A stretch of 64,000 bases of DNA. Source: Thermoanaerobaculia bacterium. Lineage in GTDB: Bacteria; Acidobacteriota; Thermoanaerobaculia; Multivoradales; Multivoraceae. The notes beneath the pieces were generated by a model. The model was not told the origin of the DNA and did no database searches. It worked only from the letters and a program-made list of their open reading frames with translations. Positions 29,333 through 39,538 of this stretch are shown here, piece after piece. The stretch covers positions 4,992,001-5,056,000 of the forward strand of contig OY761158.1 in NCBI GenBank assembly GCA_963664405.1. Reading direction: 5' to 3'. The stretch's first letter is position 1. Every line of letters begins with the position of its first letter. A program made the translations under genes and the position numbers.

Positions 29333-30820
29333 ATGAAAATCCACCGAATCACGATCGCCCTTGTTCTCGCCTTAGGAGTACTCGCCCAGCTCCCTCTCCG
29401 CGGAGCCGAATCATCGACACCGAACATCCTCTGGATCATCGTCGATGATATGTCGGCCAACTTCTCTTCCTATGGAGAAACGCTGATCGAGACGCCGCAT
29501 GTCGATCGGTTGGCGAGCGACGGGGTGCGGTTCGCCAACGCATACGTCACGGCCCCGGTCTGTTCGCCCAACCGCTCGGCGTTTATTACCGGGATGTACC
29601 AGACGTCCATCGGCGCTCACCACCACCGCAGCGGCCAAGGGCAGCTGAAAATCCGTTTACCTGACGGCATTCGGCCGATTCCGGAGATGTTTCAAGAGGC
29701 CGGCTACTACACGGCGATCACCGGGTGGCCCAACACAGATCGGACGACCCTAGGGAAGACGCACTACAACTTCGAATGGGACGAAGCCATGTACGACGGC
29801 CCCGACTGGAGTCAACGTCAACCCGGCCAGCCATTCTTCGCCCAAGTTCACCTCCCCGGCGGCAAACATCGCGGCGGGTCAATCGAGTCTTTCGAAAAGC
29901 TCAGCGCTCGCATCGAGAAGCTGTTGGGGAGCAGAACCGATCCTGCCAAGGTGAAGCTGCCGCCGTACTATCCCGACGATCCGGTGCTTCGAAAAGATTG
30001 GGCGGCGTATCTGGATTCGGTTCGTCTCACCGACAAGTTCGTGGGCGACGTCGTGCAACGGCTCAAAGACGAGGGCGACTACGAGAACACGGTTGTGCTC
30101 TTTATGACCGACCACGGCATCAGCCACGCCAGGGGAAAGCAGTTTCTCTACGACGAAGGTCTCCACGTGCCTCTCGTCATCGCCGGACCGACCATCGAGC
30201 CCGGGCAGGTTCGCGACGACCTGGTCGAGCACATCGATATCGCGGCTCTCTCGCTCGGACTCGCGGGAATCGAGATTCCCCAAACCATGGAGGCCCGCGA
30301 CATCCTCAGCAAGGACTACAAGAAGCGGACAGCTATCTTCGCGGCCCGTGACCGCTGCGATGAGACGGTCGACTACATCAGAGCGTTGCGTACAGCGCGC
30401 TACAAATACATCCGCAACTTCCTGCCCGACCGCCCTCACCTGCAACCCAACCTCTATAAGGATGGGAAAGGCATTCTCATAGCGCTGCGCAAGGCTCATG
30501 CGGCCGGGACGTTGAATGAGACCCAGGAGCTTCTGTTTGCCCACAGTCGCCCCAAAGAGGAGCTCTATGATCTGACGGAGGACCCGTTCGAAGTCCGCAA
30601 CCTGGCCGGCGATCCGAAACACGAAGCACAACTGAAGAAACTAAGAACGCGCCTCGACGAATGGATCCTGCGCACGAACGACCATGGCGCGGAATCAGCA
30701 GCCGTGTACGACAGCGAGATGGTCGCGTATTCCAAGCGCGTAGGCAACAATCCTGAAGCGGCAAGCATCCTGCGTGGCAACATCGCTCTGATGAAACGGT
30801 GGGCGGCCGAGGGCATGTAA
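29333..30820 (+). CDS. Sulfatase (sulfamidase-like)
   Basis: Signal peptide from ATG 29333, PNILWIIVDD, CSPNR, TDHG, ARDRCDE. Confidence 0.9.
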   Translation: MKIHRITIALVLALGVLAQLPLRGAESSTPNILWIIVDDMSANFSSYGETLIETPHVDRLASDGVRFANAYVTAPVCSPNRSAFITGMYQTSIGAHHHRSGQGQLKIRLPDGIRPIPEMFQEAGYYTAITGWPNTDRTTLGKTHYNFEWDEAMYDGPDWSQRQPGQPFFAQVHLPGGKHRGGSIESFEKLSARIEKLLGSRTDPAKVKLPPYYPDDPVLRKDWAAYLDSVRLTDKFVGDVVQRLKDEGDYENTVVLFMTDHGISHARGKQFLYDEGLHVPLVIAGPTIEPGQVRDDLVEHIDIAALSLGLAGIEIPQTMEARDILSKDYKKRTAIFAARDRCDETVDYIRALRTARYKYIRNFLPDRPHLQPNLYKDGKGILIALRKAHAAGTLNETQELLFAHSRPKEELYDLTEDPFEVRNLAGDPKHEAQLKKLRTRLDEWILRTNDHGAESAAVYDSEMVAYSKRVGNNPEAASILRGNIALMKRWAAEGM

Positions 30821-30853
30821 GCTGTCCGCGAGCTGGGCTATAATAGAACCATC

Positions 30854-33800
30854 TTGTTCAAGGCGTACCGGGCAGCAATAGCTCCACTTTGGCTCGCCGC
30901 CAGCCTCCCGTTGCCGGCCACGGCTGCGACCGTCGATTTTCATCGCGACGTGCGACCGATCCTCTCCGACAACTGCTTCGCTTGCCACGGCAACGACGAA
31001 TCGAAGAACCGCAGCGGATTGAGGCTCGATACGCCGGACGGTCCGTCCGCCGACCTCGGCGGCCGTTTCGGCGTCGTCCCAGGCGAGGTGGAAAGGAGCG
31101 AAGTCTACAAACGCATCTCTTCCGACGACGTCCGACGTCGCATGCCACCGTCGTCGTCCGGCGCAAGCAAGCTCTCGCCCGACGAGATCGAGACCATTCG
31201 CCTGTGGATCGATCAAGGTGCAGAAGGGGGCGGTCATTGGGCTTTCGAGACCCCGACGAGACCCGAGCTGCCCGAGGTCGACGGGGAGGATTGGGCGCGT
31301 AATCCCATCGACTTCTTCATCCTCGACCGCCTATCTGTCGAGAGCCTCGAACCTTCGCCGACAGCACCCCGCGAAACACTCATCCGCCGAGTCAGCTTGG
31401 ATCTGACCGGTCTACCGCCGACGCCGGCGGAGGTCGACGCATTCCTCGCCGACGACTCCGCCGATGCTTACGAAAAGCTGGTCGACCGCCTACTCGAGTC
31501 TCCGCGCTACGGCGAGCGCATGGCGATTCGCTGGCTCGACGCGGCGCGCTACGCCGATACCAACGGCTATGAGACCGACGCCGAGCGCTATCAATGGCGC
31601 TGGCGCGACTGGGTCATCGACGCCTTCAACAACAACATGCCCTTCGACCAGTTCACTATCGAGCAGATCGCCGGCGACATGCTGCCCAACGCAACGCTCG
31701 AGCAGAAGATCGCCAGTGGTTTCAACCGCAATCACCGCCAAACCGGCGAGGGTGGCACCATCCCCGAAGAGTACGCCGTCGAGTACGTGGCCGATCGCGT
31801 AGATACGACCTCGACCGTCTGGCTCGGCCTGTCGATGAGCTGCGCCCGCTGCCATGACCACAAATACGACCCGATATCACAGAAGGACTTCTACCGCTTT
31901 TTCGCCTACTTCAACAACGTTCCCGAACGGGGCATGGCTTTCAAATACGGCAACTCGCCGCCGATGATCGTCGCGCCGACTCGCGCTCAACAGGCGATGC
32001 TGAGCGCGCACGACAGAGAGCTTGCAGCCGCTCAGAAACGATTCGAGTTGCTGGCAGACAAGGCGGAAGCCGAGCAGCGCAAATGGGAGCGCAAGCTCGC
32101 CCAGGGCGGCCCCGTCGATTGGACGATGCCGGATCGCCGCCTCACCTACTTCACTCTCGACACCGAGGATGGTGAAGCCAGCGCCGTCGACGGGCGCGTT
32201 CCGATCGAGGAGGGCGTCATTGGCCGCGCCGCCAGCTTCGACGGTAAGGGGTTCCTCGACGCCGGCGAGGTCGCCCACGTCGACTTCGAGGACAAGTTCA
32301 CCCTCTCCGCCTGGGTCAAGCCCGAGCGCCTCGACGGCGCCATCCTTTCCAAGGCCCGCGATGTCGAGAGGGGCACCGGTTACGGCGTCTATCTCAAGAA
32401 CGGCAAGGTGCAGGTAAACCTCGTCTGGCAATGGATCGAGAGATGCATCCGCATCGAAACACAAGAGCCGATTCCGCAAGGCGACTGGGCGCACGTGCTC
32501 GTCACCTACGACGGCTCGCGCTTGGCCAAAGGCCTCAAGATCTACCTCGACGGACGCGAGGCGGAGCCCAACGTTCTTCACGACCAGATGACCCAGCACT
32601 TCGCGACGAAGGAGCCCTTCCGCATCGGCGCCGGTAACGGACAGCGGTTCTACGGACTCATCGACGATGTGCGCGCCTACTCCTACCCGCTCTCGCCCGA
32701 CGAAGTCGCGATTCTGGCCTCGTCCGCGCCGCTGAACGCGATCGCCGCACGCCCCGCCGCCGAGCGAAGCCGCGGCGAGCGCGACAAGCTGCGACTCGCG
32801 TTTCTCCACCAGAATGCGCCGAAGAAGATCCGAGAGACCTGGGCAGACACCTTCGAGCTGAGAAAGCAACGCGACGCCATGGTCGATAGCTTTCCGACCG
32901 TGATGGTGATGGCCGAGCGTCCGCAGCGCAAGCAGACACACGTCTTAGTGCGTGGCGCCTATGACGCCCCCGGCGAGGCGGTAGAGCCTGGTGTTCCCGC
33001 AGCGCTGCCGCCGCTGCCCACCGGCGCCTCCAACGACCGCCTCGGCCTCGCGCAGTGGCTGGTCGACCGCTCGAACCCGCTCACGTCGCGCGTCACCGTC
33101 AACCGCTTCTGGCAGATGTTCTTTGGCACCGGGCTGGTCAAGACGGCGGAGGATTTCGGCTCTCAGGGCGAGCCGCCGGCGAATCGGGAGCTCCTGGACT
33201 GGCTCGCGGTCGAGTTCGTCGACCAGGGTTGGGACACCAAAGGCATCGTCAAGACGATCGTCACCAGCGCAACGTATCGGCAGTCGTCAAAGGCGCGTCC
33301 CGAGCTACGGGTGAAAGACCCTGAGAACCGACTGCTTGCCCGTGGGCCGCGTTTCCGGCTCCCCGCGGAAGCGGTGCGTGACCAAGCGTTGGCCCTCGCC
33401 GGCCTGCTGGTCGAGAAGCAGGGCGGACCGTCGGTCAAGCCCTACCAGCCGGCGGGCTTGTGGACCGAGCTGGGTGGCACGAAGGGCTACGAAGTAGACT
33501 CCGGAGAAAACCTCTACCGTCGCAGCCTCTACACCTTCTGGAAACGCACCGTGCCGCCGCCCTCGATGCTGAGCTTCGACTCGGCCGGGCGTGAAGCGTG
33601 CACGGTTCGCGCCGTGCGCACCAACACGCCGCTGCAGGCGCTCAACCTGATGAACGACGTCGCATACCTGGAGATGTCGCGCAGATTGGCCGAGCGCATG
33701 ATTCGCGAAGGCGGCGAGAACGCTCAGGATCGCCTGGCGTGGGGCTTCCGCGCAGCGACGGCGAGACGGCCCGGCGAGGACGAGAGCGGCGTGCTCGCTT

Positions 33801-33973
33801 CCAGCCTGGCGCACTTCCGCGATCATTTCGCCTCCGACCCGGACGCCGCCGAGCGTTACCTGCGCCAAGGCGAAAGTCCCCGCGACCAATCGATTCCACC
33901 CACCGAGCTCGCCGCCTACACCTCGGTAGCCAGCCTCATCCTCAACCTGGACGAAACCATCACAAAGGAGTAG
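30854..33973 (+). CDS. Planctomycete cytochrome c / DUF1549 / LamG / DUF1553 (PSD1) protein
   Basis: VDFHRDVRPILSDNCFACHG, RRVSLDLTGLPPT, CARCHDHKYDP, LamG-like middle, NPLTSRVTVNRFWQ, NLDETITKE. Confidence 0.92.
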   Translation: MFKAYRAAIAPLWLAASLPLPATAATVDFHRDVRPILSDNCFACHGNDESKNRSGLRLDTPDGPSADLGGRFGVVPGEVERSEVYKRISSDDVRRRMPPSSSGASKLSPDEIETIRLWIDQGAEGGGHWAFETPTRPELPEVDGEDWARNPIDFFILDRLSVESLEPSPTAPRETLIRRVSLDLTGLPPTPAEVDAFLADDSADAYEKLVDRLLESPRYGERMAIRWLDAARYADTNGYETDAERYQWRWRDWVIDAFNNNMPFDQFTIEQIAGDMLPNATLEQKIASGFNRNHRQTGEGGTIPEEYAVEYVADRVDTTSTVWLGLSMSCARCHDHKYDPISQKDFYRFFAYFNNVPERGMAFKYGNSPPMIVAPTRAQQAMLSAHDRELAAAQKRFELLADKAEAEQRKWERKLAQGGPVDWTMPDRRLTYFTLDTEDGEASAVDGRVPIEEGVIGRAASFDGKGFLDAGEVAHVDFEDKFTLSAWVKPERLDGAILSKARDVERGTGYGVYLKNGKVQVNLVWQWIERCIRIETQEPIPQGDWAHVLVTYDGSRLAKGLKIYLDGREAEPNVLHDQMTQHFATKEPFRIGAGNGQRFYGLIDDVRAYSYPLSPDEVAILASSAPLNAIAARPAAERSRGERDKLRLAFLHQNAPKKIRETWADTFELRKQRDAMVDSFPTVMVMAERPQRKQTHVLVRGAYDAPGEAVEPGVPAALPPLPTGASNDRLGLAQWLVDRSNPLTSRVTVNRFWQMFFGTGLVKTAEDFGSQGEPPANRELLDWLAVEFVDQGWDTKGIVKTIVTSATYRQSSKARPELRVKDPENRLLARGPRFRLPAEAVRDQALALAGLLVEKQGGPSVKPYQPAGLWTELGGTKGYEVDSGENLYRRSLYTFWKRTVPPPSMLSFDSAGREACTVRAVRTNTPLQALNLMNDVAYLEMSRRLAERMIREGGENAQDRLAWGFRAATARRPGEDESGVLASSLAHFRDHFASDPDAAERYLRQGESPRDQSIPPTELAAYTSVASLILNLDETITKE

Positions 33974-33991
33974 GTTCCAACGGAGCCCGCC

Positions 33992-35443
33992 ATGGATCCC
34001 CAACGCGAGACCATCCTCGGTATGACCCGTCGGCACTTCTTCGGCCGCGCGGCAACTGGAGCCGGCGCAGTGGCGATCGCTTCGCTCCTCGGCGACGACC
34101 TCAGCGCGGTCTCCGCGACCGGCGGCATTCCCGGTGTGCCGCACTTTGCCCCCAAGGCCAAGCGCGTGATCTACCTGTTCCAATCGGGTGGCCCGTCGCA
34201 GCTGGAGCTCTACGACTACAAGCCCGCGCTGGAGAGATTGGCTCGCACCGAGCTTCCCGACTCTATCCGCAAAGGGCAGCGTCTCACCGGGATGACGGCT
34301 GCACAGACGTCGTTCCCGGTGGCGCCGTCGCTCTTCGAGTTCGCGCAGCACGGCAGGTCGGGCGCTTGGATGAGCGAGCTCGTGCCGCATCTGGCGGAGA
34401 TCGCCGATGAGCTGTGCTTCATCAAGTCGATGCACACCGAGGCCATCAACCACGACCCGGCGTTGACTTTCTTCCAGACCGGCGCGCAGCTCGCCGGACG
34501 GCCGTCGATCGGCGCGTGGCTCTCCTACGGCCTCGGCACCGAGTCGAGCGAGCTGCCGGCCTTCGTGGTCATGACCTCGAAGGGGAGCGGCCAGCCCGAG
34601 GGCGGCCAGCCGCTCTACGATCGTCTGTGGGGCAGCGGCTTCCTAGCCGGCCGCTATCAGGGCGTCAAGTTCCGCTCCGCGGGCGACCCGGTGCTCTACC
34701 TCTCCAACCCGGATGGCTTCAGCTCGGCGGCCCGCCGACGCTACCTCGACGACCTCGCCAAGCTCAACCAGATCAAGCTCGAGGACACGGGCGATCCGGA
34801 GATCGAGACGCGCATCGCCCAATACGAGATGGCGTTTCGCATGCAGACGTCGGTGCCGGACTTGACCGACCTATCGTCCGAGCCCGACAGCGTCTTCGAC
34901 ATGTACGGCCCCGACGCGCGCAAGCCGGGAACCTACGCCGCCAACTGTCTGCTGGCGCGGCGCCTCGCCGAGCGCGGCGTGCGCTTCATCCAACTCTTCC
35001 ACCGCGGCTGGGACCAGCACGCCAAGCTGCCGGAAGAGATTTCGCTCCAGTCGCGCGACGTCGACCAACCCTCGGCGGCGCTGGTCAAGGATCTCAAGCA
35101 GCGAGGTCTGCTCGAGGACACCCTCGTCGTCTGGGGTGGAGAGTTCGGCCGCGCGGTCTACTCGCAGGGCAAGCTCACGGACACGGATTACGGCCGCGAC
35201 CACCATCCGCGCTGCTTCACGATCTGGATGGCCGGTGGCGGTGTCATGCCTGGCATCACCCACGGCGCAACGGACGACTACGGCTACAACATCACCGAGA
35301 ACCCGGTCCACGTCCACGATCTGCACGCCACCATGCTTCACCTGCTCGGCATCGACCACAAGAAGCTCACCTACAAGTATCAGGGTCGAAACCATCGCCT
35401 GACGGACGTCCACGGTGAGGTCGTAGAGTCGGTGCTGGCGTAG
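33992..35443 (+). CDS. DUF1501 protein (sulfatase-like fold), Tat signal
   Basis: TRRHFF, HFAPKAKRVIYLFQSGGPSQ, LARRLAERGVRF, WDQH, GEFGR, GRDHHP. Confidence 0.92.
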   Translation: MDPQRETILGMTRRHFFGRAATGAGAVAIASLLGDDLSAVSATGGIPGVPHFAPKAKRVIYLFQSGGPSQLELYDYKPALERLARTELPDSIRKGQRLTGMTAAQTSFPVAPSLFEFAQHGRSGAWMSELVPHLAEIADELCFIKSMHTEAINHDPALTFFQTGAQLAGRPSIGAWLSYGLGTESSELPAFVVMTSKGSGQPEGGQPLYDRLWGSGFLAGRYQGVKFRSAGDPVLYLSNPDGFSSAARRRYLDDLAKLNQIKLEDTGDPEIETRIAQYEMAFRMQTSVPDLTDLSSEPDSVFDMYGPDARKPGTYAANCLLARRLAERGVRFIQLFHRGWDQHAKLPEEISLQSRDVDQPSAALVKDLKQRGLLEDTLVVWGGEFGRAVYSQGKLTDTDYGRDHHPRCFTIWMAGGGVMPGITHGATDDYGYNITENPVHVHDLHATMLHLLGIDHKKLTYKYQGRNHRLTDVHGEVVESVLA

Positions 35444-35500
35444 TCGGGTATGATCCGGTGCCGACTCGACCCAACGAGGTTTCCTAAACGAGGTTGTCCT

Positions 35501-37003
35501 ATGAAAACGATTCTCTGCCTGTACGCATTCGTCTGCGCACGGTTGGTGCGCGCGATCCCTATCCTGGGGGTGGTCCTGGTGACGTTGGCCGTTGGCTGCA
35601 ATACGGCGACGCCCGACAAGACGGAGACTCCCGAGCCACGGCCGCCCAATGCTGGGCGCCCCAACATCGTTTTCATTTTTATCGACGACCTGGGCTGGGC
35701 CGACCTGCCAGTCTACGGCAACGCCTTCCACGAGACGCCCAACATCGACCGCTTGGCGGCACAGGGGTTGCGTTTTACCGATGCCTATGCGGCGGCACCG
35801 ATATGCTCCGCGACCCGCGCCAGCGTCCAGTCCGGGCAGTACCCGGCACGCGTCGGAGTCATCGACTTCATCCCCGGGCACTGGCGGCCCTACGAGCGCC
35901 TCACCGTGCCCAAGAACCGCACCCAGTACCTGCCCCTGGAGGTCGTGACTGTCGGCGAGGCGATGAAGATGCAGGGCTACGCGACTGGCTACTTCGGCAA
36001 ATGGCATCTCGGATCCTCACGAACGGGTACGACCCCTGCCGCGCAGGGCTATGATGTCTCGTTCTACCAGACAGGAAGGGGACACTTCGACCTCGCAGAA
36101 AAGCTCACCCCACCACAAGGCGTCGCGCCCGACGATTATTTTGCCGAGGTGATTACCGACCACGGCCTCGCGTTCATGGAGGCTCATCGGGACCAACCCT
36201 TCTTCCTCACCCTCTCTCACTACGCCGTTCACATCCCGCTCGAGGCCCGGCAGGCGCTCATCGAAAAGTACGAGAACAAGGAGAAGCCGGCGGAAGGCAT
36301 CAATCATCCCGTCTACGCGGCCATGATCGAGCATGTCGACGAGAGTGTCGGCCGGGTGCTCGACACGCTCGACGAGTTGGGGCTCTCGCAGAACACGCTT
36401 GTCATGTTCTATTCAGACAACGGAGGTCTCTCCGAGCGCTACGACAAGGCCGACGGAGTCGTCGTGACGACCAACGCACCCCTGCGCGACGAGAAAGGCA
36501 GCCCCTACGAGGGTGGCATCCGCGAGCCCCTGTTGGTCCGTTGGCCCGGCGTCGTCGCCCCGGGCACGACCTCCGACGCGCTGGTGACGAGTGTCGACCT
36601 CTTTCCTACCTTTGTCGACCTCGCCGGGGGGACGATGCCGGACGGGCAGACTTTCGATGGGATCAGCATGGCGCCCGTGCTGCGCGGCGCTGCGCCGGAT
36701 GCCGAGCGTGCTCTCTTCTTCCACTATCCGGTTTATCACCATTCCGTGCCGGCGGGCGCCATCCGACAGGGCGATTTCAAGCTGATCGAGTTCTTCGATG
36801 ACGGACACACGGAGCTGTACAACCTTCGCGAAGATATCGGAGAGGCCCATGACCTCGCCGCTGACCTGCCCGAAAAGACGGCCGCGATGCAGACCTTGCT
36901 TGCCGAATGGCGCGAACAGGTCGGTGCAGCGATGCCCGTCGCGAATCCGGATTTCGATGAAGCCCGCCGCAGCGAGTGGGGGCGACATCCCGACCTTCAG
37001 TAG
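35501..37003 (+). CDS. Sulfatase (arylsulfatase A / GALNS-like), lipoprotein
   Basis: Lipobox AVGC, PNIVFIFIDDLGW, CSATR, GKWHLG, SDNGG, YEGGIREP. Confidence 0.92.
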   Translation: MKTILCLYAFVCARLVRAIPILGVVLVTLAVGCNTATPDKTETPEPRPPNAGRPNIVFIFIDDLGWADLPVYGNAFHETPNIDRLAAQGLRFTDAYAAAPICSATRASVQSGQYPARVGVIDFIPGHWRPYERLTVPKNRTQYLPLEVVTVGEAMKMQGYATGYFGKWHLGSSRTGTTPAAQGYDVSFYQTGRGHFDLAEKLTPPQGVAPDDYFAEVITDHGLAFMEAHRDQPFFLTLSHYAVHIPLEARQALIEKYENKEKPAEGINHPVYAAMIEHVDESVGRVLDTLDELGLSQNTLVMFYSDNGGLSERYDKADGVVVTTNAPLRDEKGSPYEGGIREPLLVRWPGVVAPGTTSDALVTSVDLFPTFVDLAGGTMPDGQTFDGISMAPVLRGAAPDAERALFFHYPVYHHSVPAGAIRQGDFKLIEFFDDGHTELYNLREDIGEAHDLAADLPEKTAAMQTLLAEWREQVGAAMPVANPDFDEARRSEWGRHPDLQ

Positions 37004-37061
37004 CGCGACCAGACCCGTTTCGACGCCCAAAGGTGCCACCCTGCCAAGGGGTGGAGACCCC

Positions 37062-37913
37062 GTGCCGGAAGTACGGCCTCGTCTGACAACGGTTCTCTCC
37101 CTCGTCTTGGGCTTCATGAGTCTCGGAGTGTGCGCCGTCGTCGTGTCGGCCGGCGCGCAAGAGCGAACCCGGATCAACAGAGTCATCGAAGCGCTGGAAG
37201 AGGGACGGCCGGCGATCGCCACTCAACACTGGCGCTTCATCGATATGGAGCATTCGCCGTTTTCGGCCGAGCGGCTGGAATCCATCCTGGCCGAAATGGA
37301 TGAGGACCGGGACGCCCGAGGCCGCATGAACCTGGCTCCTTTGGTGCGCATCCCGCAGGACGGCGACGAAGATTTCAGGTGGGCGGTCAAGCAGGTGTTG
37401 GATCTGGGAGCCCTCGGCGTCGTGCTGCCACACGTCGACACCAAGGACGAAGCGGTGCGGTTGGTGCGCGCGATGCGCTACCCACCGATGCGCGGCTCAA
37501 GCCAGCCCGAGCCGCGTGGGGAGCGGGGTTGGGGGCCTGGGAGAGCCGTCCGTTTGTGGGGCGTCGCGAATGCCAGCGAGTACCACAGCAAGGCTGATGT
37601 CTGGCCGCTCAATCCTGACGGGGAGCTCTTCGCCGTGGCCATTATCGAATCGGCCGAGGCCGTCAGGAATATTGCGGAGATCCTCGAAGCGCCGCTCAGC
37701 GCGGTCATGGTCGTTCCCGGAGATCTGAGCATCGACCTAGGCCTGGGGCCTCCTGGCGCGGATATCTACCCCGAAGTCGATGCCGCCTTTCGGAAGGTCC
37801 TCGAAGCGTGCCAGGCACAGGACACCGTTATTTGCGGATGTGGGGATGCTCGCAGCCGCATGCAGAGGCGCCTCGAGGAGGGGTGGAAGTTCTTTCTCCC
37901 ACTCGGCGGGTGA
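37062..37913 (+). CDS. HpcH/HpaI aldolase-family protein with N-terminal signal peptide
   Basis: IDMEH, PLVRIP, VLDLGALGVVLPHV, AMRYPP, IIES, PGDLS; GTG start uncertain. Confidence 0.82.
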   Translation: MPEVRPRLTTVLSLVLGFMSLGVCAVVVSAGAQERTRINRVIEALEEGRPAIATQHWRFIDMEHSPFSAERLESILAEMDEDRDARGRMNLAPLVRIPQDGDEDFRWAVKQVLDLGALGVVLPHVDTKDEAVRLVRAMRYPPMRGSSQPEPRGERGWGPGRAVRLWGVANASEYHSKADVWPLNPDGELFAVAIIESAEAVRNIAEILEAPLSAVMVVPGDLSIDLGLGPPGADIYPEVDAAFRKVLEACQAQDTVICGCGDARSRMQRRLEEGWKFFLPLGG

Positions 37914-37931
37914 AGACCGTAACCCGCCCCG

Positions 37932-38137
37932 CAGCCTTCGGCTGTCGCAGGTGCCACCCGAATATTCGAGGGACGCGGGTTAGCACCCACCCAGCGATTC
38001 TGCGGGTGGCACCTTCATAGCTTCCGGGCGCTCAAGGTCCCAGCCTTTCCACACATTCCAAAAGAGTTAGCACCCCATGCGACCGAAGTGCCGTTTCCCG
38101 TCAATAAGAGGGTGGCACCTGTAACGGCCGAAGGCTG
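37932..38137. repeat. 206-bp MITE/REP-like element with 28-bp imperfect terminal inverted repeats (repeat family copy 1)
   Basis: cagccttcggctgtcgcaggtgccaccc versus the reverse complement of gggtggcacctgtaacggccgaaggctg (25/28). Confidence 0.75.
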
Positions 38138-38404
38138 TTGGGGCTCGTCACCATCCTCGCCAAAGTCGATGAGAGCGTCAGCTTGTGGCGATCACGCAGC
38201 GAGCGCCGCAGGCCGGACGGCTCCTACCTCCAAGCCTACGACAAGACCACAGGCGCGCTGCTGGCCGAGGTCGAGGTCGACACCCATCTGCATGGCCAAC
38301 CCATGACCTACCTACACCAGGGTCGCCAGTACATTGCGGTCACCGGCGGCGGGACGGAAGACGAGAAGGCAGAGCTCGTCGTCTTCGCCCTTCCTCGACA
38401 GTGA
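38138..38404 (+). pseudogene. 3' remnant of a PQQ-dependent dehydrogenase
   Basis: LQAYDKTTGALL..PMTYLHQGRQYIAV..LVVFALP; begins at the edge of the repeat element. Confidence 0.7.
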
Positions 38405-38431
38405 GCGCCGCGGGGCAGAGAAGAGCTCGGT

Positions 38432-39397
38432 TCAGAACATAGCGATCGGGTTTATTGGGCCACCGGTACCGCGGGCGACTTTGAGTGGCAGCGCCATGAA
38501 CATGAACGCATAGCGCTGCTCGTCGGCACATGCCTTCGCCAGCGGCTCGAGAAGCGCGTTGTCGAGGATCGCCACGCCGTAGTTGAAGAGCACGCCGTGC
38601 ATCGGGAAGGTCAAGCCATATTCATCGGGCCTGGCGTCGTGCAGGTCCCAACCGAGCAAGGCGACATCGTGATCGCGAAGGAACTTGGCACAGCTGACGT
38701 GCAAGCCCGGATCGTCGGCACCGAAGGTATTGCCGCGCCGGAGGAACTCCTCGCGGCCGCTGTAGACGAGGAGTGCGTCGCCCGGCTCGACTTCGACGCC
38801 CTGAGCACCCGCGATCTCGTCAAGCTCCCAACCATGAACCGGCCGCCTTCGGGTGACGTGCGGCTCGCCGCGGTGGCGGGGCACGTCGAGCAGCACACCG
38901 CGCGTGATGATGCCGTCGCTCCAGGCGGTGATGGCTCCAAAGTGGGCCCCGTTGGTATCGATCTCCTCGTCGGCATCACGCCCCTGCCACATACCATCCG
39001 CATCCCACATATGACACAGAGCGTCGATATGCGTCACCGACTTCTGGCCGTGATAGATGAAGCCCCAGTAATCGACAACGGCGCCGGCACCGCTCTCTCG
39101 ATCGCTCTTGCGTATGAAGTGCTGCTGGGGCTCGAAGACTCTACTCAGTGACACCGTTCGTCCGTTTGTGACCAGCGCCGCTGCTTCGGCGCGTTTCTTC
39201 GCGGTGATGAGATTGATCGCCCCCTTTTCGTCGTCCGCCCCCCACCGCCCCCAGTTGCGCCGCTCGGTATACCAGGCCTCGACCTCCTGTTGGGTCGGAC
39301 GGCGGCGCTGCGACGGTTGACCATGAGCAGGCGCGGCCAGTGCAGCGCTTCCCAGCGCCGCGCCGCCGGCTAGAAACTGTCGTCGCGTCGTGGTCAT
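38432..39397 (-). CDS. Cyclase-family metallohydrolase, Tat signal
   Basis: TRRQFL, NWGRWGADDEKGAINLIT, THIDALCH, GTGGPINPIAMF. Confidence 0.9.
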   Translation of the reverse strand: MTTTRRQFLAGGAALGSAALAAPAHGQPSQRRRPTQQEVEAWYTERRNWGRWGADDEKGAINLITAKKRAEAAALVTNGRTVSLSRVFEPQQHFIRKSDRESGAGAVVDYWGFIYHGQKSVTHIDALCHMWDADGMWQGRDADEEIDTNGAHFGAITAWSDGIITRGVLLDVPRHRGEPHVTRRRPVHGWELDEIAGAQGVEVEPGDALLVYSGREEFLRRGNTFGADDPGLHVSCAKFLRDHDVALLGWDLHDARPDEYGLTFPMHGVLFNYGVAILDNALLEPLAKACADEQRYAFMFMALPLKVARGTGGPINPIAMF

Positions 39398-39538
39398 CGT
39401 GTTGCCTCCTGTTTTCTAATAGACGGATTCTAGTCCTCACTGGCAGGAGGCGGCGAAACCGTGAGTCCCTGTCCTTCCTCGGTTGGCTTCAAAGGAAGAA
39501 GGCGGGACCGGTTCACTGTTATGATCGCCGGAGTTACG

